Positions 20,021 to 30,854 of a DNA stretch of 64,000 nt are shown in pieces. The stretch is taken from positions 13,391 to 77,390 of IMG/VR virus record IMGVR_UViG_3300031772_004865. One strand, written 5' to 3'. A model generated the notes under the pieces. The model saw only the letters and a list, made by a program, of their open reading frames with translations. It searched no databases and was not told the origin of the DNA. The stretch comes from a virus. The stretch's first letter is position 1. Each line of letters begins with the position of its first letter. Both the position numbers and the translations under genes were made by a program.

Positions 20021-20758
20021 TCATTTTATTTCCTTGAAATTTTTTAAAATACTATTTATAATTGCAATTCCCCCCTGTACCATCTTCTGCCCTTCCATTT
20101 TCTTAGGTAATTCCAAAGCTAAAGAATATTTTATTCCTAATTTTTCTAAAAATCCTTCTACTCCAATATCATACTTGGGAGGAATAATAACTCCATTTTT
20201 TAATGGTGTTTTATAAATTGTTTTTGATTTAAGATAAGGAATAATATTATCATTTTCTATTAATGCTTTTTCTGCTATCAAAGGAAGATTTTCAGATTTA
20301 TGTTCATAACAATAAACTTCACTCTTTCCTGTATCTCCATGTATATCTAAAATTAAATCCGCAGTTCGTGGAAATTCTTCAAATAAAATAGCGAGTTCAG
20401 GTACTTTTGAATTTTTCATAAAATGAGTATCATTGTTTGTTTCTTGTCTATTACCATTATTTCTATAATTTTTTTCATAACCATAAGGATTGCAAATTGG
20501 AAATACATAATAATTAAAATCAGGAAACATTACAGGTTGTTTTAACCAATGTAATAAAACATTAATTGCATAATATTCTTCTCCATGATGCCCACCTGTT
20601 AAGATTACAGTTTTCTGTGCCATCTTAGAAACTAATTTCAATACTAACATTGGATAAATTTTATCATAAGAAACATATCCCATAATCTCAATTTTATATG
20701 GAAGATTAAGGTTGATTATTTCAGTTACGAGTTTGTTATATGACCTTACTGTTTTCAT
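20021..20758 (-). CDS. M14 Zn carboxypeptidase / deacylase-like
   Basis: GGHHGEE, NPYG, R.N, LDIHG, C-terminal LELP. Confidence 0.75.
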   Translation of the reverse strand: MKTVRSYNKLVTEIINLNLPYKIEIMGYVSYDKIYPMLVLKLVSKMAQKTVILTGGHHGEEYYAINVLLHWLKQPVMFPDFNYYVFPICNPYGYEKNYRNNGNRQETNNDTHFMKNSKVPELAILFEEFPRTADLILDIHGDTGKSEVYCYEHKSENLPLIAEKALIENDNIIPYLKSKTIYKTPLKNGVIIPPKYDIGVEGFLEKLGIKYSLALELPKKMEGQKMVQGGIAIINSILKNFKEIK

Positions 20759-21435
20759 AATATCTTTAACGATTGTAATTTTATTTTATTTAATATATCT
20801 ATTTTTATTTTTGGATATAATTTTCTAAATAAATTGAATTTATTTTGTGCGTCATCTCTCCAATAACCTTTTATCTCAATATAAGTATTTATTTTCGGAA
20901 GATAAAAATCTGGAGTATAAGTACAGTTACCTAAATCAAAGGTTTTAGATTCGTATTGCCATTTAATTTTGTTTTTATCTAACCACTTGGCATAAGCAAC
21001 TTCCCATGTACTGCGCATTAAAATATTCTTATATTTAATTCTTTTTCCATGAGTGGCAACTCTGCCAAACATTGTAGCATTTTTTCCTACTGCAAATTTA
21101 TACCAACATTCCTGACATCTCGTATATTGGGTTGCAATTATTTTTTTACAATCTATACAATGATTAATAAGATGTTTTCTTCTTTTTTGATTCCGTAATG
21201 TTAAATCGGGTCTTTTTTTACCTTTCATAGGATTTTCATCTATTTCATAAGCACATTGTCGGCATCTTTGTTTTCCATATAAAAATGTACCCAAACTTAT
21301 TTCATTTTTATGACAAATAATACAATAATGTTTTGTTTTTCCTCTTTTATGAGCAAATTTATTAGAACAAATTTTACAATATCCTAATATAGACCATTTA
21401 GTTATTTCTTTTTTACAAATTTTACATTTTTTCAT
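20755..21435 (-). CDS. Zn-ribbon-array PD-(D/E)XK endonuclease
   Basis: CxxC repeats then MRSTWE...YE...YTPDFYL...IEIKG. Confidence 0.8.
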   Translation of the reverse strand: MKKCKICKKEITKWSILGYCKICSNKFAHKRGKTKHYCIICHKNEISLGTFLYGKQRCRQCAYEIDENPMKGKKRPDLTLRNQKRRKHLINHCIDCKKIIATQYTRCQECWYKFAVGKNATMFGRVATHGKRIKYKNILMRSTWEVAYAKWLDKNKIKWQYESKTFDLGNCTYTPDFYLPKINTYIEIKGYWRDDAQNKFNLFRKLYPKIKIDILNKIKLQSLKIL

Positions 21436-22130
21436 TCTCGTTCCAATGATTCTTTTACAAAATTAAGAGTAAAATAAATTCTATCTTTTAGTTCTTTATA
21501 ATTAAGTGTTGCTGTATATAGTCGAAATTCAAGAGTTCCATAATCAGACTTTTTTAAATGTGAAGCATTTAAACTCATATATTTTTCGTCAAGATAAGAA
21601 TATCCACTAAAAGACCAATCTTCAGTATTAGTACGGAAATCATGTATTTGTTTTTCTGTTAATTTGGTAAGATTTTCTCTTGGTAGTAATTTACATGTCG
21701 ATTCCATTCTATTTTTATCTATTTTAAATCTTTTAATAAAAAATCTTTGCTTATGTACAAATTCTTTTATAATTTCTAATATTTGTTTATCGGTTAAATT
21801 TTTAACATTCACATGAATATGTAAACCACATGTTTTTCCAATTTTAGCTCGATGTACTCGCAAAAGAGCCAATATTTCTTTAAGTTGAAGTAAAGTTTCT
21901 TCATTATAATAAAGTTTGTTACTATCTTTTGGTTTTATTTCCAAACCATTTTCTAAACTTCCATCAAAATCTGTCCACCAACCCCGAAGGGTTCTGTTTC
22001 TTTCAATAAGTTTTTGACTATCTTTACTTATAGGTAATTCCACTTCGATTTCTGGAGCAAATCTAATAGATTCAATTTTAATTAATTTAATTTTATCTTT
22101 TTTATTTATTTTATTCTGTTTTCTTTTCAT
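21432..22130 (-). CDS. Amidoligase (COOH-NH2 ligase, Amidoligase_2-like)
   Basis: EIEVE, DGSL, GLEI, CGLHIHV, KY.SLN, TLEFRL. Confidence 0.82.
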   Translation of the reverse strand: MKRKQNKINKKDKIKLIKIESIRFAPEIEVELPISKDSQKLIERNRTLRGWWTDFDGSLENGLEIKPKDSNKLYYNEETLLQLKEILALLRVHRAKIGKTCGLHIHVNVKNLTDKQILEIIKEFVHKQRFFIKRFKIDKNRMESTCKLLPRENLTKLTEKQIHDFRTNTEDWSFSGYSYLDEKYMSLNASHLKKSDYGTLEFRLYTATLNYKELKDRIYFTLNFVKESLERE

Positions 22131-22372
22131 TATTTTTCCTGTCTTACTCTAAGAAAATTTCCCAAAGCACACGCTAAAGCGTAATCCATAATCATTATAT
22201 TTGAATTTTTATCCTTAAATGCCACATCCAAAATTAATAAATAAATAGTCATGTAAATAAACATAAGAAGGGAAGATAAATATTTTTGTTTTTTATTGGC
22301 AGAAAGATTCCATCCAGTATAAAGATAAGTTTCTATAGTGCCAAAAATAAATATTCCTAATATTTTAATCAT
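22130..22372 (-). CDS. Small membrane protein
   Basis: Three hydrophobic segments. Confidence 0.5.
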   Translation of the reverse strand: MIKILGIFIFGTIETYLYTGWNLSANKKQKYLSSLLMFIYMTIYLLILDVAFKDKNSNIMIMDYALACALGNFLRVRQEK

Positions 22373-22649
22373 TTTCTTTCTTTATTTTCTGTGCCAAGTT
22401 AATCAAGTCGTGGTCTATTCTGTGTAATTCTTGTAAATCTTCTTCTATTTGATTTTTAGTAAAACTTTGTACTTTATGTCTTATAAGAATACAATCCAAT
22501 TCATCAATTAATCCTTCTACTTCCATTACAATTTCTCCTATTCTTTTAGCATCATTATAAAATTCAACATAATTAGGATTGCAAGATTGATAAGGTATTC
22601 CTAATTTTTTACAAATTTCGACAATAGTAGCACTAATATTTTTATCCAT

Positions 22650-22991
22650 CTATTCCACATCCCCATTTTGGTCGCATTTGAGGTCTTCATACTTCGCAAT
22701 TTCATCATTATAACTTGCACAAATATCTAACAAATCGTCGACTTCAATATTTAATCTTCTTTTAATTTCTACATAACATCTTATTAGTGCACCTGTCATG
22801 TCATTGTATTTTTGATAGTTTATTTTCTCTCCAGCAAAAAATTGACCTATAAAACATTCAATTACACTTTTATCAACTCCACAATGTTTAACATAAAAAA
22901 ATATCTGATAATTAAGTTCCCCTGCTGTTAATGCAGGTTCTCCATTTCTTAATTTCTCACGTCTATCTGATTTAGATTCAATGTAAGGCAA
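22650..22991 (-). CDS. Conserved phage hypothetical protein (MPYI...GELNY family)
   Basis: MPYI..R, TAGELNY, YEDLK...NGDV. Confidence 0.6.
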   Translation of the reverse strand: MPYIESKSDRREKLRNGEPALTAGELNYQIFFYVKHCGVDKSVIECFIGQFFAGEKINYQKYNDMTGALIRCYVEIKRRLNIEVDDLLDICASYNDEIAKYEDLKCDQNGDVE

Positions 22992-23887
22992 TTTACTTTC
23001 CTCCTAATTCTTTTAATAAATCATCAAAAGTTTCTTTTCTTATTTGACCATCTTTATAAAAATTTTGCCAAAAATGTCTCCTCATTTGTCGAGAAATTCC
23101 TTGCTTCTGCATTTTGGTATCTAAATATTGTAACATTTTTAGGCATCGTTGGAGGTCTTTTTTAATTTGATTATAATTATCGTATTGTTTTTTTTGTTTT
23201 TGAAATTCAGGGTCAAATTGTCTAAATAATTCTTTATAGAGTTTTAATAATTCCAAAAAATATGATTTCCCTAATGCTTGAAAAAATCTTACTAATTCAT
23301 TTAACTTTCTTTTTTTCTTTAATTCAACCCTAAGATACCTTAATAATCCTAAATGTAATTGAACTATTCTAAACATTTCTCTCCTTTGCTTCTTTTTCTT
23401 TAATCTCTCGGCACCTATCACATATTCCTACAGTAATTATCTTCCCTTCATGTTTGACTTGAATTGGTCTCATAACTGAAATGGGAAGTGATAATCCGCA
23501 AACTATACATTGTTTAAATTGCATTATTTATCCTTTTGTATAATTTTTATATCTTTTTTCAGGTTCAACGCATTTTAGGAGATAAATTGCAATTTCAATA
23601 TGTTCTGGAATTTGATATCTTAAATTCGTTAAAGTATCAGCATAATCTCGAAAATTCTTTAATGCTTCTTGAACTTGTTCATAAGTATATCCTGAAGTTT
23701 CAATACTAATTACAATACCATTATAAATTAATTTTTTATTATCGTTCATTCTTTCTCCTTACAATTATCGCACTTATTTTTTTCTCTATACATACAAGGA
23801 TTTAAAATATTTTGTGGTTTATAAAATAAGCAATCCTCGCACAATTGTTCACTTACTTCTCTTTTCTTTTCTGGACAGTATCTCATT

Positions 23888-24547
23888 TTAAAATTTCCAT
23901 TTTCCAAATAATCCTATTCTATTATCTCCACAATATCCTTTTCCATATCCTATCATTATATCAAAATTATCTGTAATATTATATCCGACTCCTAAATATG
24001 CTCCTAAATTAGTCAAAAATGCATTAGCATTAGCCTTGAAAAATTTAAAAAAATCTATACCTGCTCCTGCTTCAAATCCTGTTTTTTTCTCTCCTAAGCT
24101 TCCTCCTGCGGTTACAAAAGGTTTTAAATGAAATCCATAGGGTCTCAAATTTTTCTTTAGATTCTCAAAATCTTTTACTGTCAATTTCTTTAATATTGTT
24201 TTCTTATCACTATCTAAAATTTCCATCGTTCCATCTTTTAAAATATGTAAATAATGGTCATTTAAACTTACTATTTCTTCTTTTCCATGCCAATCTAAGA
24301 CAGGTTGAACTCCTTGATGTCCTTGCCAATATCCATAACCAAAAATACCTAATGCAATTATTGCTATAACAATTGCTGTCTTAATAAAATGAGTTAATAA
24401 TTTCATAGGTTGTAGGTCATAACTTAATTTATTTTTTATAGGTCTCGAATCGTAAGAAGATTGGGGAATTAAAGTTTTTTTCAATGCTAATAATTCTTTA
24501 ACCTTATTATCAATTTCTTCAGGTGTAGGTTTGATTTCTTCGGGCAT
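23888..24547 (-). CDS. Membrane-anchored protein with beta-strand-rich C terminus
   Basis: One TM helix; alternating Gly/aromatic strands ending GKWKF. Confidence 0.5.
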   Translation of the reverse strand: MPEEIKPTPEEIDNKVKELLALKKTLIPQSSYDSRPIKNKLSYDLQPMKLLTHFIKTAIVIAIIALGIFGYGYWQGHQGVQPVLDWHGKEEIVSLNDHYLHILKDGTMEILDSDKKTILKKLTVKDFENLKKNLRPYGFHLKPFVTAGGSLGEKKTGFEAGAGIDFFKFFKANANAFLTNLGAYLGVGYNITDNFDIMIGYGKGYCGDNRIGLFGKWKF

Positions 24548-24833
24548 TTTAATCTCCTCTTTTTCTAATATAAATCAAATATCCAATACAAATTATTACT
24601 ATTACTACTTCATACCATTTAATCATTTTACTCCTTTTAATAATCCAATATAGTAATCTAATGGTTTTAGTTCTTTTCTTTTTACTTCTTGTTTGGTATT
24701 TGGATTGATTTTATTTGGATGATTTTCTCTTTCTAATAAAAGTTTTTCATACCATTCAGTTAATTTATTTATTTTATTTTGATAACAAGATAAACTTCTT
24801 TCTTTACCTATTCCTCGTTCAGCCATTTTGCTC

Positions 24834-25628
24834 CTAATTTAAAAGTGAGGCGTAAAGGTTCTTTTTTGAATTACCTTTATTATTAACATTATTTTGGTAA
24901 AGAACGACATCTACGCCTCGATTAATTTTATTCCTTATTAGATTAGTATAAAATTCTTGCCAATAAGTTCTGTTATAGTTGGCTTTTACATTACAACTTA
25001 AACATAAAGTAATTAAATTATTTTCTTTACAATTTTGTTTATTGTAATCTATATGATGAACATGTAATATTTGACCATTAACTATCAAATGTTCCTCTTC
25101 AGTCATACCGCAGTTTTGACAAATGTGATTATCTCTTTGTCTAATAGATTCTTTCAATTCATCTGTAAATTCAATAGTATATGGTAAATAACTTCTCCCA
25201 TCAATCCAATTATGATTTAACTTTCCTGTTAAATGGATATCATACATAGGATTATTATTACCTTCCATTTGAATACTATGATATTTATCTGCACATTCTC
25301 TACATCTTATTGCTTTATAATCTTGAATTTCTTTACCACATTCGCAAAAATGCTTCTTTAATGTTTCTCCTATTTTAAAATTGGCATTATTTTCTGGTAT
25401 TTGAGACCATTTAACATAGCATTTCCAACATCTCTTTGCATTATAATTATTTAATTCTTTATTGCAATCAATGCATTTAGGCTTACCTGTTTTAAAATTA
25501 GGATGAAATTTGCCTTTTACAATAATTTTTGCAATATTTTTTAAATAACATTGTTTACAATATTTACCTTCTTGATATTGAGCATGTCTACCTAACTCTT
25601 TTTTACAAATTGAGCAATACTTTTTCAT
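24834..25628 (-). CDS. Zn-ribbon-array HNH endonuclease
   Basis: CxxC repeats; PY..EF..ELKESIRQRDN..CQNCGMTEEEHL...HHIDYNK.NC. Confidence 0.85.
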   Translation of the reverse strand: MKKYCSICKKELGRHAQYQEGKYCKQCYLKNIAKIIVKGKFHPNFKTGKPKCIDCNKELNNYNAKRCWKCYVKWSQIPENNANFKIGETLKKHFCECGKEIQDYKAIRCRECADKYHSIQMEGNNNPMYDIHLTGKLNHNWIDGRSYLPYTIEFTDELKESIRQRDNHICQNCGMTEEEHLIVNGQILHVHHIDYNKQNCKENNLITLCLSCNVKANYNRTYWQEFYTNLIRNKINRGVDVVLYQNNVNNKGNSKKNLYASLLN

Positions 25629-26653
25629 TTAATTTTTTCTCCTAAATCTACAAAATATATGAATGTAGTTACTCTTTGTTCATTAACCCCAAAAACTATT
25701 TGAATTGGTTCACTATGTTTTGCCATAGAATCAGATAAACTATCTCCTCCAACTGTCGACCCTCCTCTTATAACTCGCACATTATCACAATCACTAATTG
25801 CAGCGTGATGATAATGACCATAGATAATTCCTTCAACATTGTATTGCCTTGCCCATTCATTTATTTTTACTCTACCAGCAGCAGAATCTACTTGTTCTGG
25901 GCATATATGTCTCATCAGAAATTTATGCCCCCTAATATCAAATACAATATGTTCTGTTTCCGCAAATTTAATTTGTAATTTCGGATTTTTTAGAACTAAT
26001 TTACTCCAAAAATCTAATATTTCGTAAACCATTAAATCCCAATTACTCGCAACATCTGTATCTTTTGCTGTTCTTCCATGATTTCCTCTAATTCCTATTA
26101 CTCGAACTGGTAAATTTCTTTTTAATAAAGATACTATTAATTTTGTAAGAACATCAATGACTAACATGACTTGGGCTGGAGGAGCTACTTCTTGTTCAAA
26201 TGCTTGGGTTAGATAAATATTTTCTCCATTGCATAAATCTCCATTCAATAACAGAATTACTTCTTTAATAGGAACACCTTTACTAATATTATTATCCAGT
26301 AATTTTAAAATTTGTTCACATAAACGATTGATTCTATTCCTAAAAATTTCTTCATTATAAATTATTTCTCCCTCTTGATTTTTTACGATTTTTCCAGCAT
26401 GAAAATCTGTAAGTTGAATTACAAGTGTATCTCCTTTAATATCAATCTTACTTTGTGTTGCAGGTTTATAAGGAGTTACTTCTGCTAATTCTTCTTTTAA
26501 AGATTGAATAATTAATTTAGATAAATCCACTTTTTCTTTTTTATTAGGTTTAATTTCTTTACTTTCTGTAAATTTAGAATAACAAGGTCTACATCTCATT
26601 GCTTGAGGATGAATTTTAACTCCACAATCAATACATTTATTCATCTTAATCAT
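25625..26653 (-). CDS. Calcineurin-like metallophosphoesterase with N-terminal Zn ribbon
   Basis: TDFHAG, NGD, GNHG, H, GHYH; N-terminal CIDC..RCRPC. Confidence 0.8.
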   Translation of the reverse strand: MIKMNKCIDCGVKIHPQAMRCRPCYSKFTESKEIKPNKKEKVDLSKLIIQSLKEELAEVTPYKPATQSKIDIKGDTLVIQLTDFHAGKIVKNQEGEIIYNEEIFRNRINRLCEQILKLLDNNISKGVPIKEVILLLNGDLCNGENIYLTQAFEQEVAPPAQVMLVIDVLTKLIVSLLKRNLPVRVIGIRGNHGRTAKDTDVASNWDLMVYEILDFWSKLVLKNPKLQIKFAETEHIVFDIRGHKFLMRHICPEQVDSAAGRVKINEWARQYNVEGIIYGHYHHAAISDCDNVRVIRGGSTVGGDSLSDSMAKHSEPIQIVFGVNEQRVTTFIYFVDLGEKIK

Positions 26654-26845
26654 CTCCTCTAATTTTATTTGAAAATCTTTGCTCCATAAAAAATAAATGT
26701 ATTTACTAATGCTAATCCTAAATTAATAATTGTTAGGCTCCACATACTTGGATTTTTTAAAGATAATATCAAACAACAAATCCCTGCAATTAAAAATCCT
26801 AAAACTGTTATAGGTTGAACAAAAGTTAAAATAGTTTGTATCATT

Positions 26846-27058
26846 TTATTCTTCTCCAAAAAGTGAAGGATACAATTTCTTTATTCCAATTCCATAGATT
26901 TCACTTAATTTAACTAATTCTTCGTTAGTAGGCATAATCTTTCCAGTCTCCCATTTAGAAATTAAAGTATCAGATACTTTCATCATAGAAGCAACATCCC
27001 ATTGAGTTAATTTTTTTGATTTTCTATAAACTGATAAAAAATTCATGTTACTCCTCAA
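26846..27058 (-). CDS. XRE-family HTH regulator
   Basis: R...LTQ.DVA....VS...ISKWETG...P. Confidence 0.9.
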   Translation of the reverse strand: MRSNMNFLSVYRKSKKLTQWDVASMMKVSDTLISKWETGKIMPTNEELVKLSEIYGIGIKKLYPSLFGEE

Positions 27059-27173
27059 AAAATCTTATTTGAATAAATTTGAACATAAAAAAACTTACAA
27101 TCTTTAACATTTATCATTATCTCATTTTGTTACTTCAAGCCTTTTTTGGCTCATCTTCATTCTCTTTGTCCTT

Positions 27174-27224
27174 CTATATACTATTAACGGAATTTTTGGC
27201 ATTTTGTAACATTTATTTTTGTAT
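27174..27224 (-). promoter_or_regulatory. Putative phage-sigma promoter, copy 1
   Basis: ATACAAAAATAAATGTTACAAAA-N9-TTCCGTTAATAGTATATAG; same as 45762-45812 outside the spacer; overlaps the sigma gene stop. Confidence 0.75.
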
Positions 27225-27809
27225 CTTTTCTCTAATCCTTGCAACTATTCGAGATATAGTCATTTTTGTAACACCTAATTCTTCACCTATTTCCTCGTAA
27301 CTAAGATTTAAGTTGCCTTGCTTTAAATTCCAAACTTCTTGTTCAATTTCTGTTAATTCAGGATAAAATTCTATTTTTACTTCTTCAGGAGTAGATATAT
27401 TGTCTGCAATATTTACTTCTTCTTCTCCTTCATCATTTTCTACTGTCTTATAAATTGATTGTGTTTTAAAATGTTTATAAAATTCCATATCCATAAATTT
27501 TGGTTGCCAATGTTGTTGTTCAAATCGACTATTTAGATAATGAGAAAATGGTGCTTTTGGTTTGAAATCATTTATCCATTCAATTATTTCTAAACTTAAT
27601 TGTTGAATTACATCATCTAATTCAACTTGTTTGGTATCTACTAATCTAAATTCAATACCTTGATATTTAAAACTTTGTTCAAAAAATACATACTTTGCTT
27701 TTTCCACAATAGTTGGATAAAGTATTTTAAAAATCTGGTCTAAAATCTTTTTATCCTTTTTCTTTTTATATTGTTTTACTAATTGGTCTAATTCATTCAG
27801 TTTTTCCAT
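27213..27809 (-). CDS. Phage sigma70/ECF-like sigma factor
   Basis: Region 2-like DDVIQ...F.P..PFSHY and region 4 HTH LTEIEQEV...LSYEEIGEELGVTKMTISR. Confidence 0.8.
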   Translation of the reverse strand: MEKLNELDQLVKQYKKKKDKKILDQIFKILYPTIVEKAKYVFFEQSFKYQGIEFRLVDTKQVELDDVIQQLSLEIIEWINDFKPKAPFSHYLNSRFEQQHWQPKFMDMEFYKHFKTQSIYKTVENDEGEEEVNIADNISTPEEVKIEFYPELTEIEQEVWNLKQGNLNLSYEEIGEELGVTKMTISRIVARIREKIQK

Positions 27810-28520
27810 TTTGTTCCTCCTTTAGTTTTTTTTGCCTTTCTATTTCATCTAAATTTAGGATTTTAAGTCCATTTTCTCTTAAATCTCCAACTATCAAATC
27901 TTTATCTTTTTCAGTTTCACCAAGATAGGTAACTTCTTCTTTATGTTTTTGTATGATTGTAATTAATTCTTTTTCAATACTATCTCCTGCTTTCTTTCCA
28001 TTCTTCTGTGCGAGTTCTATCGCTTCTAAATATATTGAGATGTTCATTGCAAATAATTTATTCATTTAGTTTTCCTTTTTTTCTTAATTCTTCTTCAAAT
28101 TGTTGATGTTTTTGACAAGTTATCGGAATAAATAAATTTCCTTTTTCTATTTCAAAACTTTTTCTACAATTATTCTGGCATCTTTTATTCTTTTCATTTA
28201 TATAAAAACATTGATTTAATTTTTCCCACCAATAATCTCTCATTTCTCCTCCAAATCTTGTTCATAACTTTTTTTCGCTAATGGATTTTCGCAGTCTTCT
28301 TCCTTCCCAAAACAATTACATTTATCCTGCAAGCATCTACAAATTCCTTCATTATGGTATTCATAATAATAAGGACAAGGAAATAAATCCCATTCATATC
28401 CACAAAAATGCAATTCAAAACAAAATACCTTTTTCTCAATAATTAAATAATCACAGGAGTCTATATTTATCCATTTCTTACAATTATTACAATAAAATTG
28501 GTTTTTAGATTGATTTAAAA

Positions 28521-28814
28521 TCATTTATTCCCCTTTTTCCGATTACATAAACGATGAGTAAACTGTAAGTTATTTAAATTATAGTTTCCACCTTTACTTT
28601 TAGGTATTATATGGTCAATATTTCTTCTTTTACCTAAAAAAGAATTACATAGAGGACAGAAATTTAACTTTTTATTATTTATTTCATACCAAAGTATAAG
28701 GCACTTTTTCAAAGTAATTATTCCTTTACTATAACCAAATTCAAGTGCTTTTCTTATAATTCTTTTATTATATTTTTCTATTAATTTATTTAACATTTTA
28801 TTCCTTTTCTGCAA
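28521..28814 (-). CDS. Small HNH endonuclease
   Basis: CPLC, IDHIIPKSKGG, NLQ..H..CN..K. Confidence 0.85.
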   Translation of the reverse strand: MQKRNKMLNKLIEKYNKRIIRKALEFGYSKGIITLKKCLILWYEINNKKLNFCPLCNSFLGKRRNIDHIIPKSKGGNYNLNNLQFTHRLCNRKKGNK

Positions 28815-29135
28815 ATAATTTTACTTGTTTCCAAATAATATTTGCTATCTCTTTTTTCTTAAAAGTATTACCTAAATCAATATGTAATAAATTAGCATAA
28901 TCTTTTAATTGCGAAGTAGTCATTTCAAAATAAATGAGTTCTTTTGTTAATTTTTTCATTTTATTCCTCCCGATAACTTTGTATGCACTTATTACAAGTA
29001 AATGCTTTATAATCAATTTCGGGGTCATCTCGCCATCTCAATGCTCTTCCTAAAAAGAATAATTTATACTTTCCACACATTATACAATATCTTAATCCGA
29101 TTAGGGTAAGTAATTTATTTTTCATCTTTTATCTC

Positions 29136-29960
29136 CTATCCTACCAGTTTTTTGTAATTTTCTTTAATAGTTTTTTCATCTGGATTAATATAAATCATTG
29201 TGGTGGTTAAACTTGCGTGCCCAAGCAATTTACTTACCGTATTAATATCTACTCCTTTATTATAAATTAAATTACGGGCGAAGGAATGTCTTATTAAATG
29301 ACTGTAAATATTTTTTCCTAAATATTTCTTTAATAATTTCATAATATAATGCACTTTTCCCAAGGTCAAATTAAAAGCATTTATTCCTTCTTCATTCTCA
29401 CTAATAAAATAATCTTGTATTTCTTTTTTGACTTTTTCTGGATAACAAATTATTCGTTCTTTATCCCCTTTCCCATAAAGTTTAGCTGAATTTTCCTCTA
29501 AATTAAAACTACTTCTTTTAATAGTAAGTAATTCATTCTTCCTACAACCAGAATAATACATAAAATCTATTACTGCCCTTATCTTTGTCGGTGTCATTTT
29601 ATTACTAAAATAAGTAATTAAATATTTTTTTGCTTCTTCAATATCTTTTTCGGTTAAATACTCTGGTATCTTTTGTTCAGTTTTTATTAATTTAATTTTA
29701 TACCACTCGTTTTGTTCTTTTGGAATTTGTAAAAAACCAGAATAATAACTTCTTCCTGCCAAAATAAATTGATTTCGGGATTTCAAAGAATACTTACTAT
29801 TAGTTATAAAAAAATTAGTAATAACATCCTGCGATACTATTTCAATTTTCTGTTCTTCCATATAAGATAACCAAATTCTTATAATATTAAAATAATTTTT
29901 GCTCTGACCTCTTGCAGTAAGATAATCTAAATATTTATTTAATTGCTCTTGATTAGTCAT
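29136..29960 (-). CDS. Tyrosine recombinase (XerC/D-like integrase)
   Basis: SGCR..E, GKGDKER, HLIRHSFA, LLGHASL.TT.IY. Confidence 0.92.
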   Translation of the reverse strand: MTNQEQLNKYLDYLTARGQSKNYFNIIRIWLSYMEEQKIEIVSQDVITNFFITNSKYSLKSRNQFILAGRSYYSGFLQIPKEQNEWYKIKLIKTEQKIPEYLTEKDIEEAKKYLITYFSNKMTPTKIRAVIDFMYYSGCRKNELLTIKRSSFNLEENSAKLYGKGDKERIICYPEKVKKEIQDYFISENEEGINAFNLTLGKVHYIMKLLKKYLGKNIYSHLIRHSFARNLIYNKGVDINTVSKLLGHASLTTTMIYINPDEKTIKENYKKLVG

Positions 29961-30354
29961 TTATACCTCTTTTTTCTATCATTTTTAAAGCGAATTTATC
30001 TGCTCTATTTTGAAAGTAATCATATTTATTTACAAAATTATTGGAGGTCATATATCCTTTAGTATAATCAATAGCGTGTCTTAATTCGTGCAATAATACA
30101 AAACTATAAATTTGCCCCTTATTTTTAAAACTAAACTTTTCATTTCCCCAAGCAAGATGAATTAGTAATTCTTTAATTTTTTTAGTATTTATAAGATGAT
30201 TTGAAATTTTGCTTTTTTTAAATAATGTTATTTTATTATTATCCAAATTAAATTTCCCATCGTCGTCTCCCAATTCCTGAATAACTAATTTAGTTTTTAA
30301 TTTATATCTTTTCTTATAATACTTAAATAATTTCATTAAATTTTCTTTATTCAT
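29953..30354 (-). CDS. HExxH metallopeptidase-like protein
   Basis: LLHELRHA ... ADKFA. Confidence 0.6.
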   Translation of the reverse strand: MNKENLMKLFKYYKKRYKLKTKLVIQELGDDDGKFNLDNNKITLFKKSKISNHLINTKKIKELLIHLAWGNEKFSFKNKGQIYSFVLLHELRHAIDYTKGYMTSNNFVNKYDYFQNRADKFALKMIEKRGIND

Positions 30355-30854
30355 TTTAGTCTCCTGACGGTATATCTTTTTCCGAAAGTCCTAAAATAAT
30401 CATTAGTTCCCCAACATAAATTGCCATTGACAATACAAAGGTTCTCAAATATTGTGCATTGGTATCAGTATAATGTAAAATAAGAGTATTTAATAAGTGG
30501 TCTATTGATTCTACTACTTTATTAAAATCATCTAAATCTGAAATATGAATTGAAAGTGATTTTTTCCCTATCATTTTATTCTCCTAACAATTAACAAACC
30601 CATCTTCGTCCTTTTCCCCTTCAATCATATCCCTCAAATCATTTAATAACATCCTAACACTATCCAATTCCCCATAAGCCCCTAAAGTGCTTTTTTCATC
30701 ACTTATTTGGTCGCAATCATCTCCACAATCTACGCATTTATGTTCAGGGTCTTTTTTAAATCCTAAAAATCCATAAACAAAAATTACTTCATTCTTATTA
30801 GAAGCACAATAACGACGAATATTTTCGATAATATCTTTTAGTTCAGGACTTAAA

